Shown here piece by piece: positions 61,956-64,000 of a stretch of DNA of 64,000 nt. The DNA is from Vitrella brassicaformis CCMP3155 (Eukaryota > Protista > Chromerida). The first letter of the stretch is position 1. Each line of letters begins with the position of its first letter. The translations under genes were made by a program, and so were the position numbers. Under the pieces are notes generated by a model that was not told the origin of the DNA, ran no database searches, and saw nothing but the letters and a program-made list of their open reading frames with translations. Location of the stretch: the NCBI GenBank assembly GCA_001179505.1, contig CDMY01000251.1, positions 84,333 through 148,332 of the forward strand, written 5' to 3'.

Positions 61956-64000
61956 ATGACGACGCTCAAGGTGCAGGACGGTAGCAACATCTACCGCATC
62001 AAGTTTGAAGCACAGGCGGCACCAACGGATGCCCTGAGGCAGCAGGTGCAAGATCTGCTCGGCATCAAGCAGGGCGAAAACTATATCCTGCTGGCGGGAG
62101 GCGCAAGGGAGATGGTGAGCTCAGGACAGCGTGTGACTCGTTCACTTTTGCCTGTTGAATCTGCCTGTGTGTGCTGTTGGTGCAGAGTGGCGGGGAGGGT
62201 AACGAACTGCTCGACACAGACAGTTCGCTGGAGGAGTACCTGTCGGTGTGCAAGCACCACGGCATCATTCCCAAGGTGAACGTTCTCAGGACCAACACAC
62301 CGATCCCGCCTGTGCAGACCACTACCACCAGCCGCACCATGACTGTCGTTGGGTACGAGGCGCCCTCGCCCTCCTGCTCAGTGTCGACCAACGAATCGGC
62401 CACCTACAGCGGAGATCTGGAGTTCATCCTCAATGGTGAGCGAGCGAATGATTCGTGAGAGGAGGACCACACCCACGCGGACAGACACACACAGAGGAGC
62501 GATGAGGGGATGTGGTGTGATGTGATGTGTTTTGTTCAGGTGAGCCGATGGGGCTGAAGAATCCCGACCCTGAGATGACGCTGGTGGAGTATCTGCGGGT
62601 GTGCACGAGCTACACGGGGACGAAGCTCTCCTGCGGGCAGGGCGGATGCGGCGCGTGTACTGTCATGGTATCAATGTCGAACAAAGGGATGTATGGACGC
62701 TACACATTCTTATGTGTGTTGGGTATCTGTGTTTGTCTGTCTGGTCAGGTGAGTGAGTTCAACACCTCATCGGACACCCTGTCGCACTACTCGGTCAACG
62801 CATGCCTCAAGCCACTGTGCTCGATCGTCGGCAAAGCCGGTAAACAGCTGAAAGAAGACACACCTAATGTGTACATGCCGCTGTCCGTCTGGGGGTGCAG
62901 TGACGACGACGGAGGGGATGGGGTCAGCTGTGGATGGCTACAACCCGGTCCAGGACCGCATCGCAACTGGCTGGGGCACTCAGTGCGGTTTCTGCACGCC
63001 AGGCTTTGTCATGACCACCTGCAGCCTGCTGCAGGAGAAGACACAAACAGGTACGTCTGCAGACGCGTGTGTGCGTGGAAGACAGAGGGGTACATGTGAT
63101 GTGCTGTGTGGGCGTGTCGATTGGATTGCAGGCTGTGCTGTCAAGGCTGAGGAGCTCGAAACGCGCTTCGACGTAAGACAGCAAACAAACTGTCCGGCCT
63201 TGTTTCTTCCTACCCTCCTGCATTGCCTGCACTGCCCCTTTTCTTCAGGGCAACTTGTGCCGATGCACAGGCTACCGGCCCATCCTCCAGGCCGTCAAAT
63301 CGTTCGCCACCGACGCACCCACACCACACACCCAAGTAGAGATCGAGGACGTCTGCCCGCCGGGAAGCCAAGGCCAGACGCCCATCATGTGCCGATCCCG
63401 ACGGTCTGTGGGGGAGGACAAGGGCCATGGCCACATTGACACAAACGGAAAGGGGCGGGCTGTGCGAGTGGGTGGGATGAAGAAGGCCCACAGCGTTGCG
63501 AGAGAGAAGGCGCTGAAGGAGCTCGCCATGAAAGTCGAGGGGCAAGGTCAGTGAGCAGATTGCTTCAAGGTCGGCACGTTGACGAGTGTCTGTGTCTGTG
63601 CATGTGTGTATTTTCAGGTTACAAGTACGACGGTGGTCGTGAGGGCATTGTCTGGTACAGAGTAGTGAGCTTCAATCAGCTGTGGCAGCTCATCGGCTCC
63701 GCCAAAGACACCGACACATATAAGGTGAGCCACACAGCACAGCGGAGCGCAGCAGCACCCATCTCTCCGTCTCACGCACATTCCTCCTTCCTGCCTTCAG
63801 TTGGTCCGCGGCAACACGATGATGGGCGTGTACCAGAATGAGAAGTTCGACGTGTACATCGACATCTCCGCCATCCCATCACTCGGCGAGATTTCCCTCA
63901 CTGACGTCAACAACCAGCAGCAGATCGACATCGGCTCGGCCGTCACGCTCACCGAGCTGCGGGCATTCCTGCTGGAACACGACAAGCGGCGCGGGGAGCT
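61956..64000 (+). CDS. Xanthine dehydrogenase/aldehyde oxidase-family molybdo-flavoenzyme, 5' part (two 2Fe-2S domains and start of the FAD domain), truncated by the window end
   Basis: PEMTLVEYLR, GTKLSCGQGGCGACTVM, VNACLKPL, VTTTEGMG, TQCGFCTPGFVM, GNLCRCTGYRPIL, LVRGNT, YIDISAIP...IGSAVTLTEL. Confidence 0.92.

Overview
Gene-dense, intron-rich, GC-rich eukaryotic DNA. Short introns packed with (GT)n, (GTCT)n and (GGAT)n microsatellites, an enolase with the EWGW insertion, an ApiAP2-like protein, bipartite plastid leaders and flagellar genes point to a chromerid-type alveolate, probably Vitrella-like (inference). About 21 spliced protein genes are present, almost all in head-to-head pairs. 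They include MAK16, CCT6, a CCDC151-like dynein docking subunit, enolase, a metallophosphoesterase, a YkgJ Fe-S protein, COG2, an RNase Z-like hydrolase, a GGCT-like protein, a CBM9-like protein, an ISE2/Ski2-like helicase, a WW/B-box protein and a xanthine dehydrogenase-like gene cut by the window end. There are also two PAN/C-type-lectin surface proteins, one a ~10 kb mosaic with malectin and a PQQ-type sugar-dehydrogenase-like propeller. The best discovery candidate is a five-exon minus-strand gene at 34442-35425 that the ORF track misses. Its exons join into one frame with a signal peptide and a single in-frame TGA at codon 36, making it a candidate unrecognised secreted selenoprotein or readthrough protein. 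Exon models were built by eye, so internal boundaries are approximate.
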